A stretch of DNA of 64,000 nt from a virus (IMGVR_UViG_3300017917_003852:14425-78424), one strand, 5' to 3'; numbered from the stretch's first letter, positions 18,176 through 27,240 are shown. Made by a program: numbers and translations. The notes: generated by a model not told the origin, from the letters alone.

Positions 18176-18181
18176 TATTTA
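18176..18181 (-). promoter_or_regulatory. late-type promoter TAAATA (leaderless operon start)
   Basis: CAATAAATA-CAAA-ATG; same geometry at 1252, 2219, 10195, 51246, 53502. Confidence 0.7.
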
Positions 18182-18185
18182 TTGA

Positions 18186-19043
18186 TTAAAAGAAATGGAC
18201 TGCTTTTACAAATTGTCTTGTTTCAAGATCTTTTAGTATATCACCTGTGTAATCTAAATCAGCTACTGGTATGCTACCTATAGTCTGAGATAAATCCTGC
18301 CAACTATATCCTAGTGAATTAAAAAACTCATGATGTTTATTGTAATATACTTTTAGATTTTGCTCTAAACTAACTTGCTCATCGTTATAAAATTTTACTA
18401 CAAAATCAGCTGAATAATGACAAAAAGGTTGAAACGCTTCGGGTTGAATATAGGAATCGTTGTCTAACATTAAATCGTACAATGTTTTACCAATCTCTGC
18501 ATAGTTAATATACACTGATCCAAATTTAATTTGGGATTCAAAATATTGGTAATCATTGCTATCAAGTACTTCTGTTTTTGGTAATCCAAAGTAAGTAACT
18601 ACGTGTCTGGGATGTGCGCCTCGAGCTACACTTTCGCAACGATGTACTAGTAAATTTAGATCGCATAAATGTTTTTTAAATTCTGAGTTAGGGTCTTTTT
18701 TATCTAGTAGTCCATGTTCGATTTCAAATATATGATGTAAGCGATTTAGGGTGTCTTGCTCCGTTGCTGATTCTAAACGGTAATCAATTTTAATCCACTG
18801 ATTTAATTTTACTATTAGATTGTTAATATCGTTTAGAGCTCGGTTGGTTTGTTGTTCTACAGTACCAAATCCGTAAAATCTAGCAGGATCATCAATTGGA
18901 TATCCTAGATGTTGTGCTAGCTCAACTCTTTGTATCCATTTTTTAGTAATAGGCGTATTGCGTAATGAATAATCTACTACTATTTGATCGCTGTGTTCGT
19001 GAGGATTTGCATAGATAATTTGTAATTTTTTATATTTTAACAT
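18186..19043 (-). CDS. hypothetical protein
   Basis: 285-aa ORF with LNRLHHIFE and LNLLVHRCE (possible metal ligands). Confidence 0.7.
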   Translation of the reverse strand: MLKYKKLQIIYANPHEHSDQIVVDYSLRNTPITKKWIQRVELAQHLGYPIDDPARFYGFGTVEQQTNRALNDINNLIVKLNQWIKIDYRLESATEQDTLNRLHHIFEIEHGLLDKKDPNSEFKKHLCDLNLLVHRCESVARGAHPRHVVTYFGLPKTEVLDSNDYQYFESQIKFGSVYINYAEIGKTLYDLMLDNDSYIQPEAFQPFCHYSADFVVKFYNDEQVSLEQNLKVYYNKHHEFFNSLGYSWQDLSQTIGSIPVADLDYTGDILKDLETRQFVKAVHFF

Positions 19044-19516
19044 TTATTAAAATCTTGATGTCTAAACCAACGACGTTGCCCAAAGCTAGTTTTTAATGTA
19101 AGTCCGTAATATGCAAATTCTTCGCGCCAAGCAAAAAAACTAGGCCCGTGTCCGCCGCTATTTTCTGGCACTCCGTAATCCCAACGATGTACATCCCATT
19201 GATATTGATGTACCATTTCGTGTGCTAGGGTATTCATAAACCATTGCGGGCAAAACCATTTGTTGTTTAATCGTATGCGTACCCAACTACCATTCCAAAC
19301 ATGACGTTTTTCCCACTGACAGTAACCCCAACATTTTTGTGTCTGCCCGAGTTCTATTATTGGCCTACGTAGCTGATTTTCAAATACATAGCGATTGATT
19401 ATTTTATACGCATATATTGCGTCATCGTATGTAGGTCTAAATAGTTTTCGTCTTTGATAAGTTAAACTAGGAAGCTCAGCTTCCATAATTGATCTAATAG
19501 GATTGGGTCTTGCCAT
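19037..19516 (-). CDS. SprT-like zinc metalloprotease
   Basis: TLAHEMVHQY and GHGPSF. Confidence 0.85.
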   Translation of the reverse strand: MARPNPIRSIMEAELPSLTYQRRKLFRPTYDDAIYAYKIINRYVFENQLRRPIIELGQTQKCWGYCQWEKRHVWNGSWVRIRLNNKWFCPQWFMNTLAHEMVHQYQWDVHRWDYGVPENSGGHGPSFFAWREEFAYYGLTLKTSFGQRRWFRHQDFNKC

Positions 19517-19519
19517 AAG

Positions 19520-19560
19520 AACACCCCCGGACAAAGTATTTAAACTTGTGCGGGGGTGTT
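19520..19560 (-). promoter_or_regulatory. SD-sequestering hairpin with late promoter in the loop
   Basis: 10-bp perfect inverted repeat AACACCCCCG/CGGGGGTGTT; TAAATA at 19537-19542; 3' arm ends 3 nt before the ATG. Confidence 0.7.
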
Positions 19561-19575
19561 TAACAGAAGTTTTAA

Positions 19576-20133
19576 TTATCGCTTAGTATCCAACTCTTTA
19601 AGCAATTTTTCACCTTCAATTTCGTTACTACGAGCTAGTGCTTGACGATCCTTACGATCCTTTAGGGGATTTTCGTCAATTGGCAATACTATCTTTACAT
19701 ACGTTTGAAAGTATTGTCCATTAGGCACCGTTTCTCTTTTAACAGAAACACCCGTAATATCTACCCGATCGCAAAAGCTACGAATAGCAGTTTTCATATT
19801 TGTAGTAGAATTTTTACCTTCTTGTGTTCGATAAGTTTTACTAACCTTATCAACTTGACCACCGGCGGTATCACAAATTTTACCCTTAGCTAGTTCAATC
19901 GCTAGGTCCTCAGACGTTTGCATGTCGTCGCTTTGGGCTGTGGCCATTGCACATGCAATAGCAGTCGTTGCAGTACAATCTTCTTTGTACCAAGAAGGTT
20001 GGCTCTTTACCGCAGTTTTAACTGCTTCGACGTTACGTTCGTGACGTTCTTCAGCCGCTTTAATAGCCGGATCTTTAGTGCTACTACATGCAGACAACAT
20101 TACTGCTAGAATTACCGGAATTACCTTATACAT
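19576..20133 (-). CDS. lipoprotein (LPP20-like)
   Basis: Lipobox LSAC; PSWY followed by A..A.S.D...A...AK. Confidence 0.7.
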   Translation of the reverse strand: MYKVIPVILAVMLSACSSTKDPAIKAAEERHERNVEAVKTAVKSQPSWYKEDCTATTAIACAMATAQSDDMQTSEDLAIELAKGKICDTAGGQVDKVSKTYRTQEGKNSTTNMKTAIRSFCDRVDITGVSVKRETVPNGQYFQTYVKIVLPIDENPLKDRKDRQALARSNEIEGEKLLKELDTKR

Positions 20134-20144
20134 AATTTACCTCT

Positions 20145-20261
20145 TTATTTAGAAATCGTATTACCCAAACTGGTCAAGTCCTTGCCAAGACCACCCACAA
20201 GTCCGCCAACTGTACCACAGCCAGTGAGACTAACTACTACTGCAAAAATTAAAGCTTTCAT
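20145..20261 (-). CDS. entericidin-like small lipoprotein
   Basis: MKALIFAVVVSLTGCGTVGGLVGGLGKDL (38 aa, not in ORF track). Confidence 0.6.
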   Translation of the reverse strand: MKALIFAVVVSLTGCGTVGGLVGGLGKDLTSLGNTISK

Positions 20262-20288
20262 AATGTACATAGTTTATTACCTTTTTGA

Positions 20289-20882
20289 TTATTTGTCAAT
20301 ACGGCTTTGTTCCCATTTTTTCCAAATGGTCCAATTACGCCCAGTCTGACAAACATAACCTTTGTACTGTACAGCTACGCCAGACGGACGAATTTCATTT
20401 TCAATAAAAATACTACATACCAAATTTTGGTTATCAATTGGATATACATATCTAATCGAACCATCGGCATTTACATATTTTGGATCTATAGTAAGATCAC
20501 TCAAATTAACTTGTTGGCCCACACGAACGGTAGTTATCTGTTTCTTAGCGGTATCACAAACGGTTTCGACGTTTTGTTGCACACTTACATCATATTCGGG
20601 TGTATTAGATAGTAACCAAGTACTAGCAGCATCTCGAGCTGCCATACAGGATCGAACTGCGGTATTGCCCTCTCCATATTTTTCAGCCCAAGTCCAAGTG
20701 CGATCAACTAACACACGGAACGAGTATGTGCATCGGAATCGATTTTTATCCACTTGCACATATGACTCACGTTGATTGTCAATAGGCAAGCCACCTACGC
20801 TAAGAATTTCTTTACGTTGGAAACACTCGCCACTAGCTGCGGTAGCTGTTACTAACAATAAACTGGCAATTAATTTCTGCAT
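20289..20882 (-). CDS. secreted Cys-containing protein
   Basis: N-terminal signal peptide, six Cys. Confidence 0.65.
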   Translation of the reverse strand: MQKLIASLLLVTATAASGECFQRKEILSVGGLPIDNQRESYVQVDKNRFRCTYSFRVLVDRTWTWAEKYGEGNTAVRSCMAARDAASTWLLSNTPEYDVSVQQNVETVCDTAKKQITTVRVGQQVNLSDLTIDPKYVNADGSIRYVYPIDNQNLVCSIFIENEIRPSGVAVQYKGYVCQTGRNWTIWKKWEQSRIDK

Positions 20883-21190
20883 GTTTTATATCTATCGTAT
20901 TCGGCCATGCGTTGCACTGAGCTACGGCGACCTTCGTCTATGTTTCTACGTTCTTGGTAAGTTCCATCATTAACCGATGCCAAAAACCCAAACACACTGC
21001 GAATCATAAAGAAATTAACAATTTCATCACGCTCGCTCACACGCTGACTTTCTAAAAAATCCTTTTGGCTCTTATCCGAACAATTAATTTGGTAATGATT
21101 AAGATCTTGTGTAGTTATCCTAGACTCTGTGGTCATAACAGAACATCCAGACAAAGACATAACAATTAACGCGATGGCTTGGAGCCGCAT
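20870..21190 (-). CDS. lipoprotein
   Basis: Lipobox LSGC. Confidence 0.65.
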   Translation of the reverse strand: MRLQAIALIVMSLSGCSVMTTESRITTQDLNHYQINCSDKSQKDFLESQRVSERDEIVNFFMIRSVFGFLASVNDGTYQERRNIDEGRRSSVQRMAEYDRYKTCRN

Positions 21191-21435
21191 AATTCGTCCG
21201 ATTCAAGTAACTTCTGGTTTATAATTCCGTTCTTTTCTCTAGCTACCGGATCCCATTCAAAACTTGCTTCGTCAATAAGCGTTAAGGTTTTCCATAGCAA
21301 GTTACGTTCCACCCCTTTATTAGTGCAACTAACTTGCCATTTATTTAGAGTAGCATTAGATGCCGGACGCTCAGTGGGCGGCAACAAGGCGCACCCACTG
21401 AGTATAACCGGAATTAAAAGACTGATCCTTTTCAT
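21166..21435 (-). CDS. lipoprotein
   Basis: Lipobox LSGC. Confidence 0.65.
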   Translation of the reverse strand: MKRISLLIPVILSGCALLPPTERPASNATLNKWQVSCTNKGVERNLLWKTLTLIDEASFEWDPVAREKNGIINQKLLESDELCGSKPSR

Positions 21436-21598
21436 CTTTTTTTGCTAGGAACTGCGGCAGATTTAAAAGCGGCCATTGCTTCAACATCGCTACAGCCAGC
21501 ATTACGCTGGATATATTTCACCGCGTCACGGGTGTTAAGTTGAAGGATGAAAATTGCCTCGTCGGCGAATTTTTGTGCTCGGGTCATGCTTGTTTCCT

Positions 21599-22006
21599 TT
21601 ACCATGAGGAGTTGTAAAAAACTTTAAGTCCAGTAAAAATTTCGGCTCGCGCCTTACGTATAAATTCTAGATCCTGCTCGCGATAGTAATCATCGCTAGG
21701 ATCACCAAAAAAGAAACCTGTAGTATGCGGAAGCACACCATTTTTTATATCCGCTTCTAGAGCATCAAGGTCCTCCCAAGTAAGTTCAAGTTCAATACCA
21801 TTAAACATTGGATCTGTAGTTGGATCAGTATTTTTACTGCGCCAAAGTTGTTCCATCCAACCATGGAGGTTAGGATGTTTGCGCCAATACGCAATTTCTA
21901 CAGTCGGATCGGCTACATTTTTATTACCTTTTTCGTAATACTCTTCATAATACTCATCTTTAGCATTACGTTTAGCCGCAGCGTAAGCATACATATCCAA
22001 ACCCAT
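21599..22006 (-). CDS. conserved phage hypothetical protein
   Basis: MGLDMY...EIAYWRKHPNLHGWM...GFFFG. Confidence 0.75.
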   Translation of the reverse strand: MGLDMYAYAAAKRNAKDEYYEEYYEKGNKNVADPTVEIAYWRKHPNLHGWMEQLWRSKNTDPTTDPMFNGIELELTWEDLDALEADIKNGVLPHTTGFFFGDPSDDYYREQDLEFIRKARAEIFTGLKVFYNSSW

Positions 22007-22034
22007 GATATCTCCTATAAATTACAATAAAACA

Positions 22035-22063
22035 ATTATAGTTAAAAACTGATTTTTGGTCAA
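22035..22063 (-). promoter_or_regulatory. early sigma70 promoter
   Basis: TTGACC-17-TATAAT. Confidence 0.8.
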
Positions 22064-22338
22064 TCGTTTTTTGGAAGCTTAACTACAGTTAATTTGTTAC
22101 TATTGGTTTTAAATTTTGGTTTAGGTTTAGATGGTGTAAATTCTTTGCTTACATAATATTCGCAAAGGCGATGACGACACAATGTAGGAATGTCTTCGAA
22201 ACCGGGTTCAAGGATAAATTGGTAAGGACTACGACCCCACGTGGAGAATTTTAGAAAATTATAGTAGGCCTTACGATGTTCTTTAATTGTTGAATCAAAT
22301 ACTGTGGGCGGACGGCAATTTAATAGCAAGTTATTCAT
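22060..22338 (-). CDS. conserved phage hypothetical protein
   Basis: RPPTVFD...HRKAY...WGRSPYQFILE. Confidence 0.65.
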   Translation of the reverse strand: MNNLLLNCRPPTVFDSTIKEHRKAYYNFLKFSTWGRSPYQFILEPGFEDIPTLCRHRLCEYYVSKEFTPSKPKPKFKTNSNKLTVVKLPKND

Positions 22339-22370
22339 TGTCAATTCCTCTATAGATTTAACAAGTGTAT

Positions 22371-22431
22371 ATACTAGCATAAGAAAAAAGCCCTGTCAAG
22401 CAGGGCTTTTTAGTGTTGTATTTTTACAACA
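22371..22431 (-). promoter_or_regulatory. terminator hairpin overlapping a promoter, plus palindrome
   Basis: AAAAGCCCTG/CAGGGCTTTT hairpin containing TTGACA-17-TAGTAT; TGTTGT-N6-ACAACA at 22414-22431. Confidence 0.7.
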
Positions 22432-22435
22432 ATGT

Positions 22436-22654
22436 TTATTTTTTAGCAACAGGTTGCTTAGGGAAAAAAGCAGTTGCTGATTCAGCAACAGTTTTTGCTA
22501 AGTCAAAACTGGTGTTATAAACAGTTTTGGTAAAAGTTGCATTTGCATCAACTAGGGTTTCTAGGCTAGCACGTACATCTTCATTTGGAACATGGATCAA
22601 AACTGATTTGGTTGTCTTTACTGCGTTATCAACTACTGTATCTACTGTAAACAT
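22436..22654 (-). CDS. phasin-like amphipathic protein
   Basis: Ala/Thr-rich helical 72-aa protein; AAGGAG SD; PhaR-like palindrome upstream. Confidence 0.45.
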   Translation of the reverse strand: MFTVDTVVDNAVKTTKSVLIHVPNEDVRASLETLVDANATFTKTVYNTSFDLAKTVAESATAFFPKQPVAKK

Positions 22655-22699
22655 TTGAATCTCCTTAAAAGTAATGTTCAATGATTATACTATATTTAC

Positions 22700-22716
22700 A
22701 TGTTGCGGTGCAACAT
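22700..22716. promoter_or_regulatory. PhaR-box-like palindrome
   Basis: ATGTTGC-GGT-GCAACAT overlapping the -35 of a TTGCAC-18-TATAAT promoter. Confidence 0.55.
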
Positions 22717-22798
22717 TTAATCTACCCATATAATGATTTTATTTGTCCGTTTTTAATGGCTAAATATTTTACAACATATTTCAAGGAGATGTTTAAAA

Positions 22799-23107
22799 AT
22801 GGAATTTCTAATTCTTATTATTGCAGTTATTGCTGTACTTGGTTGGTTTATTTGGAAGGATCGGAAATTTGAAGATTCCAGTTCTCATCCGTTAGATGGC
22901 GCTACCAAAAATGCAGTTGTTGAGACTCTTGACGTTAATAAGGACGGCAAAGTTGATCTTAAAGATGCTGTAGCCGCTGCTGAAGTAGTAGTTGAAAAAA
23001 CAAAAAAGACTGCTACCAAAGCCAAGGAAGTTGCTAAGAAAACTGTAGCTAAGGCCAAAGCTAAGGCTCCTGCTAAGAAGACCACTGCAAAAAAATCAGC
23101 TAAATGA
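22799..23107 (+). CDS. membrane-anchored protein with EF-hand-like loop and Lys/Ala histone-like tail
   Basis: N-terminal TM; DVNKDGKVDLKD; AKAKAKAPAKKTTAKK. Confidence 0.75.
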   Translation: MEFLILIIAVIAVLGWFIWKDRKFEDSSSHPLDGATKNAVVETLDVNKDGKVDLKDAVAAAEVVVEKTKKTATKAKEVAKKTVAKAKAKAPAKKTTAKKSAK

Positions 23108-24228
23108 TAGAAATATTGCCACTGACTAATGTCAGTGTTTATACCGATACTGGCGTTAGTTCGTGGCATTTCTTTCAACTCAATGACTATAAGTATAGAT
23201 TTTATTCTAAAGATTTATACAACAACGTCGAAGAATTTTTATCTACTAATACCGATCTAAAACTTGCTGGGTTCCATGTGCCATTTCCAGCTAACCGCGA
23301 TTGGCTTGATCGGTTTGATCGAGTTTATAATCATGTTGCACACACCTTTATATTCTGTTCAGAATTACACGAATCAACAGTAAATCAACTAATAGCATTA
23401 GATAAACCAAATGTATCTATATACATTTGCGGGCGTATTCGACATCGTTTCCAACATGCCCGTGTGCATCTTTGGATGGACTGGTTTATTACTACTAGTC
23501 ATTTTTATAAAAACATACGCCCGGATCTACTAGGACAAAAATTACATAACAACAATAAAGAAAAATATTTTGATGTTCTACTAGGTTGTGCTAGAACACA
23601 TAGAGATTTTGTATATTCTGTAGTCAATGATAAAAACTTAAATGATAAAGTGATAATGAGTTATCACAAATCAGCTAATCAAGATTTAAAGAATACTTCG
23701 TTTGTATTTGAGACTGAGGGATTAGAATTCGAAGAGACTAGAACCTATCAGCACACTATCGATCCTGTGGTGTATTATGGTAAAGGTATGTCTTTAAGTC
23801 AAGTTATACCAATAACTGTATATAATCAAACTCATTACTCAATAGTAGCAGAAACTAACTTTAGTAATGATTACAATTTTTATACCGAAAAAATAGTTAA
23901 GCCGATACTTGCTGGAAGACTGTTTATTGCCATTGCTGGGCAAGGATATTTAGAATTCTTACGCGAACTTGGTTTTCGTACTTTTAGTAATGTAATAGAT
24001 GAATCATATGATCTTGAGCCCGATAATCTAAAAAGATGGGCTATGGCGATGAATCAGGTTGAACTATTATGTTCTATGGATGCCGACAAAGTTGCTGAAG
24101 AGATTAAAGAAATAGTTAGCCATAACCAGCAACTTATGTTAAAGACTGACTGGTATGGCCAACTAGCACGTGATTTTATTCTTGAATTGGATTCATTCTT
24201 AGGGCCTGCTCATATAATTGCCGGCTAG
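23104..24228 (+). CDS. putative glycosyltransferase-like protein (paralog 1)
   Basis: SIVAET...FYTEKIVKP...GFRTF...DESYD, shared with 37649 and 58725. Confidence 0.55.
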   Translation: MIEILPLTNVSVYTDTGVSSWHFFQLNDYKYRFYSKDLYNNVEEFLSTNTDLKLAGFHVPFPANRDWLDRFDRVYNHVAHTFIFCSELHESTVNQLIALDKPNVSIYICGRIRHRFQHARVHLWMDWFITTSHFYKNIRPDLLGQKLHNNNKEKYFDVLLGCARTHRDFVYSVVNDKNLNDKVIMSYHKSANQDLKNTSFVFETEGLEFEETRTYQHTIDPVVYYGKGMSLSQVIPITVYNQTHYSIVAETNFSNDYNFYTEKIVKPILAGRLFIAIAGQGYLEFLRELGFRTFSNVIDESYDLEPDNLKRWAMAMNQVELLCSMDADKVAEEIKEIVSHNQQLMLKTDWYGQLARDFILELDSFLGPAHIIAG

Positions 24229-25213
24229 CCAAATTTTTAGCTTTGCTTTCGCACATAATATCAAATTGATCGCGGAAGCTGAGTGCCCATTCATTCACAG
24301 AAGTATTCCAATAAAAGTTAGAGTGTGCTCTAAGTTTTTGTCTGTTGTGGCCTTCAGTTAGTAATGTTGCAAAATCAGGCTGTACAAAGTCTGGGTGCCC
24401 AACCAAGCAATCTTCGCGACTAACAGAGTAATGCATAGTAGGCCTAACACCACGCCAGCTATCCACCACCATTTGTACCCTATCATCGGTGGGCGATATA
24501 TACTCTCCACCGCTTTTGATCCAATGGTGATGAATGTCCATAACGATAGGCAAGATATCGCTAAGAGTAAGACATTCGTTGAGTCCATAGCCTATTTCTT
24601 CGTTTTCGATGGTAATGGTATTTCTTGCTTCTGGGGATAACCTCGTGTATGCACTGCGGATACCTTGGGGACCGAGCTTACCCGCGATGTGGACGTTGAT
24701 CTTAAAGTCCTGGAAGGATCGGCCATAGCCCATCCAAGCGGCCATTGTAGCATGATATTCAAACTCCTCTATACTTTTATTTACAACGTCAGGGCGATCA
24801 CTCGCCAAGACAGTAAACTGACCGGGATGGAAGCTAAGACGAGTCCCACTGTCCATAGCCAATCGTCCCACTTCATTGAAGTGCGTTTCACAATACCGTC
24901 GTACATCTGCTTGCTGCCAATAATAAGACCAACTAGGCTCAGTATAGCAAGGCAATATATCGCTGCTAAGACGCACCATTCTAAGATCTGGCTCAAGATT
25001 TCCTACCCTTTCTACAAGCTTACGAGTTGCTTCAATATTCTGGACCATGAGGTCCCATAGTTTTTGTTCGGCCACATCACGCTTTTGCCTGTTGAGCCAT
25101 GCAACAGTAGTGGCGCCAGTGTTGTATTTTTTCGCATCGTCCTTTGGTCCAATGCCATCAACTTGAGTTTCATTGTCGATCCATTTGCATGCAAAACCAA
25201 TTCGTTTAATCAT
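24176..25213 (-). CDS. uvdE: UV damage endonuclease
   Basis: IGFAC, RLSSD, RLSFHPGQF, INVH, IENEE, DIHHH, MHYS, RAHS, ESKAK. Confidence 0.92.
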   Translation of the reverse strand: MIKRIGFACKWIDNETQVDGIGPKDDAKKYNTGATTVAWLNRQKRDVAEQKLWDLMVQNIEATRKLVERVGNLEPDLRMVRLSSDILPCYTEPSWSYYWQQADVRRYCETHFNEVGRLAMDSGTRLSFHPGQFTVLASDRPDVVNKSIEEFEYHATMAAWMGYGRSFQDFKINVHIAGKLGPQGIRSAYTRLSPEARNTITIENEEIGYGLNECLTLSDILPIVMDIHHHWIKSGGEYISPTDDRVQMVVDSWRGVRPTMHYSVSREDCLVGHPDFVQPDFATLLTEGHNRQKLRAHSNFYWNTSVNEWALSFRDQFDIMCESKAKNLASRQLYEQALRMNPIQE

Positions 25214-25491
25214 TGTTTTAATTTACCTTCTCTTACTGTTTCTCGTTTTGTAAATTGTCTTGCTATAAATTCGTCGGCTAGTTGTTCAGTATCAAATGTT
25301 TCTTCTAACAGCCAATTGCAACTAGAGCAATCTAGGCTTTCGTATTGGAAATATACTTCGTATTTTTCTTCACCTAGAGTATTTGTCACTCGAACAATCT
25401 TATATGCCTTACCGGCACCTCTCCAAGTAAGTGCAGCAAACACAATTATTATAGCAGGAATAGATAAAAAATACACTAGATCCATTAACAT
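25210..25491 (-). CDS. membrane-anchored hypothetical protein
   Basis: N-terminal TM; ORF track. Confidence 0.55.
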   Translation of the reverse strand: MLMDLVYFLSIPAIIIVFAALTWRGAGKAYKIVRVTNTLGEEKYEVYFQYESLDCSSCNWLLEETFDTEQLADEFIARQFTKRETVREGKLKQ

Positions 25492-25739
25492 TATTCTATC
25501 CCAAAATGTTGTTTTATTTTTTTGATTTTATGATCAAGTAGTTCTAAGCCATCAACACCGCCAAGATACCCTTGTGCCCACACTTCATGCTCTTCAGTAG
25601 GCTGCACAACTGCTATACATTCTTGCACAACTAATCGAGCTAGTTCTTCGTTATAAACTTCTATCCAGCGAGGCACATCCAAACCCGACGGAACTTTTTG
25701 CTTGGCGGCTGCTGCTAATTCTTGTATTCGCTCGTTCAT
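25491..25739 (-). CDS. MNERI-family small protein
   Basis: MNERI...VVQEC...HFGIE. Confidence 0.7.
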   Translation of the reverse strand: MNERIQELAAAAKQKVPSGLDVPRWIEVYNEELARLVVQECIAVVQPTEEHEVWAQGYLGGVDGLELLDHKIKKIKQHFGIE

Positions 25740-26447
25740 GCGTTCTTTAAAATATACATAGTTAAATCAACTGCATCGAGTCTAACAGTTTCGTAAGGAT
25801 ATTTACGATAATCTGCATCGTTCCATTTGCGGCGGCGAGTATCTAAACTTTGTATGCTTAACATTTTTGGATTAAGTTTAGTAATCTTACCAATCATTAA
25901 TCCATTATGATCCGGAAATGCTACTGCATCTCCAACGACAAGGGCTCTACCTAGTTTGTCTTGATGTTCGTAAATCATGATATTGCGCTGCCTAGTCCAG
26001 TAGGGCAGTTGTTTTGTATGCAAACATATCCCATTGCACCTTCTAATAGCAACCCGCATTTTGGACATTTGTTTGACACTTGGGTAGTTACTTCAGGAAC
26101 ATCCTGCCAGTCTGACCATTGATAATTTGCAGTTCTTAACATATCTTCATTTGACCAGTTTAGTCCTGCACGAATGGTAACATCGTATTTCTGACGATAT
26201 TGTAGTCTGCGACTGTTATCGTTATTCACTAGCCAACGCATTTCGATCATTTATTCTGCTCCGCTTGTTGAAAACATTCTAAACAAAGTACATAGGTTCT
26301 AGGGCCACCCATGCCGCTAACAATTCGATTACATTGACTACAACCAATTACTGCGGCAGTATAAATGTAACCTTCTTTTAGTTCTTCAATAGGTCGCCAG
26401 TTACCCGAGTGTGTTCGTTCCCAACCTATAATGTTTGTATCATCCAT
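25736..26447 (-). other. three small early hypothetical ORFs (SH3-like; two Zn-ribbon proteins)
   Basis: DKLGRALVVGDAVAF; CPKCG...C; CSQC...CLEC. Confidence 0.55.
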
Positions 26448-26478
26448 AGTATAATAATAGCAGTTAATTGATTAAATG

Positions 26479-26811
26479 TCAATTCCACATTAAGGCAATA
26501 TGACTAGCATAAATGGCATGTTTCGCTCTCATCCGGATAGTTAGACGTCCGTTTTGTTCGCCGGTTTCGATATTTCTTCCGTGCCATGCTAATTGCCAAT
26601 CCCAATCCCAACCTTGGCGTCCGATCCATTGTTCTAAAAATGGACGGTAATGATCATTTGGGTCTGCGGATTCGAACCCTATCCAAACAGCTCCACCTAA
26701 GTCTGCCCATCGGGGATCATTATGATCTACTACTATTTCGCCTGAAGGCCATTTTACATCTATTTCAATGTAATCAACTAACCACCAATATAATTTTTTA
26801 AAGATGCTCAC
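26479..26811 (-). CDS. divergent FxLRW-family-like protein
   Basis: FLEQWIG...WDW...ASHIALMWN. Confidence 0.5.
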   Translation of the reverse strand: MSIFKKLYWWLVDYIEIDVKWPSGEIVVDHNDPRWADLGGAVWIGFESADPNDHYRPFLEQWIGRQGWDWDWQLAWHGRNIETGEQNGRLTIRMRAKHAIYASHIALMWN

Positions 26812-27010
26812 GGTACGGATAAACCTTTCTTACACGATAATTATGACAATGAGAACAATAACGAGTTTGGATATATTTGTCTGTATTTTTATTAACTTGA
26901 TATGGCTTACACCACCGTGTCCAAGAATGCCAACCAAAGTTGCACCAAAAACTAGTTACTAGTGGTTCTTCATCCTTTAATATCCTAGCTGTATTTTCAA
27001 CTTCGTTCAT
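26798..27010 (-). CDS. small Zn-binding phage protein
   Basis: WCNFGWHSW...RYCSHC. Confidence 0.6.
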   Translation of the reverse strand: MNEVENTARILKDEEPLVTSFWCNFGWHSWTRWCKPYQVNKNTDKYIQTRYCSHCHNYRVRKVYPYREHL

Positions 27011-27240
27011 TTTACCCCAAATTTTAAAGCAAATAGTATAGCAGGTTCTTCCCACTCAAATTGAAAAATATCGTAAGTTCGTTGATGCACACTTCCCCAT
27101 TCTACATGAAAACGACGAAAGTGTTTTCCTTCAGTATTATAGTTTAAACACCAGTTATACATTTCTTCTGTGCATTTTGGCACACGAATTCTATACCTAA
27201 AATACGGACGATGCCCACCTTCGCAATGAAAGTATTCCAT
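27007..27240 (-). CDS. FxLRW-family mini protein
   Basis: EMYNWC...FQFEWEEPAILFALKFG. Confidence 0.7.
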   Translation of the reverse strand: MEYFHCEGGHRPYFRYRIRVPKCTEEMYNWCLNYNTEGKHFRRFHVEWGSVHQRTYDIFQFEWEEPAILFALKFGVK

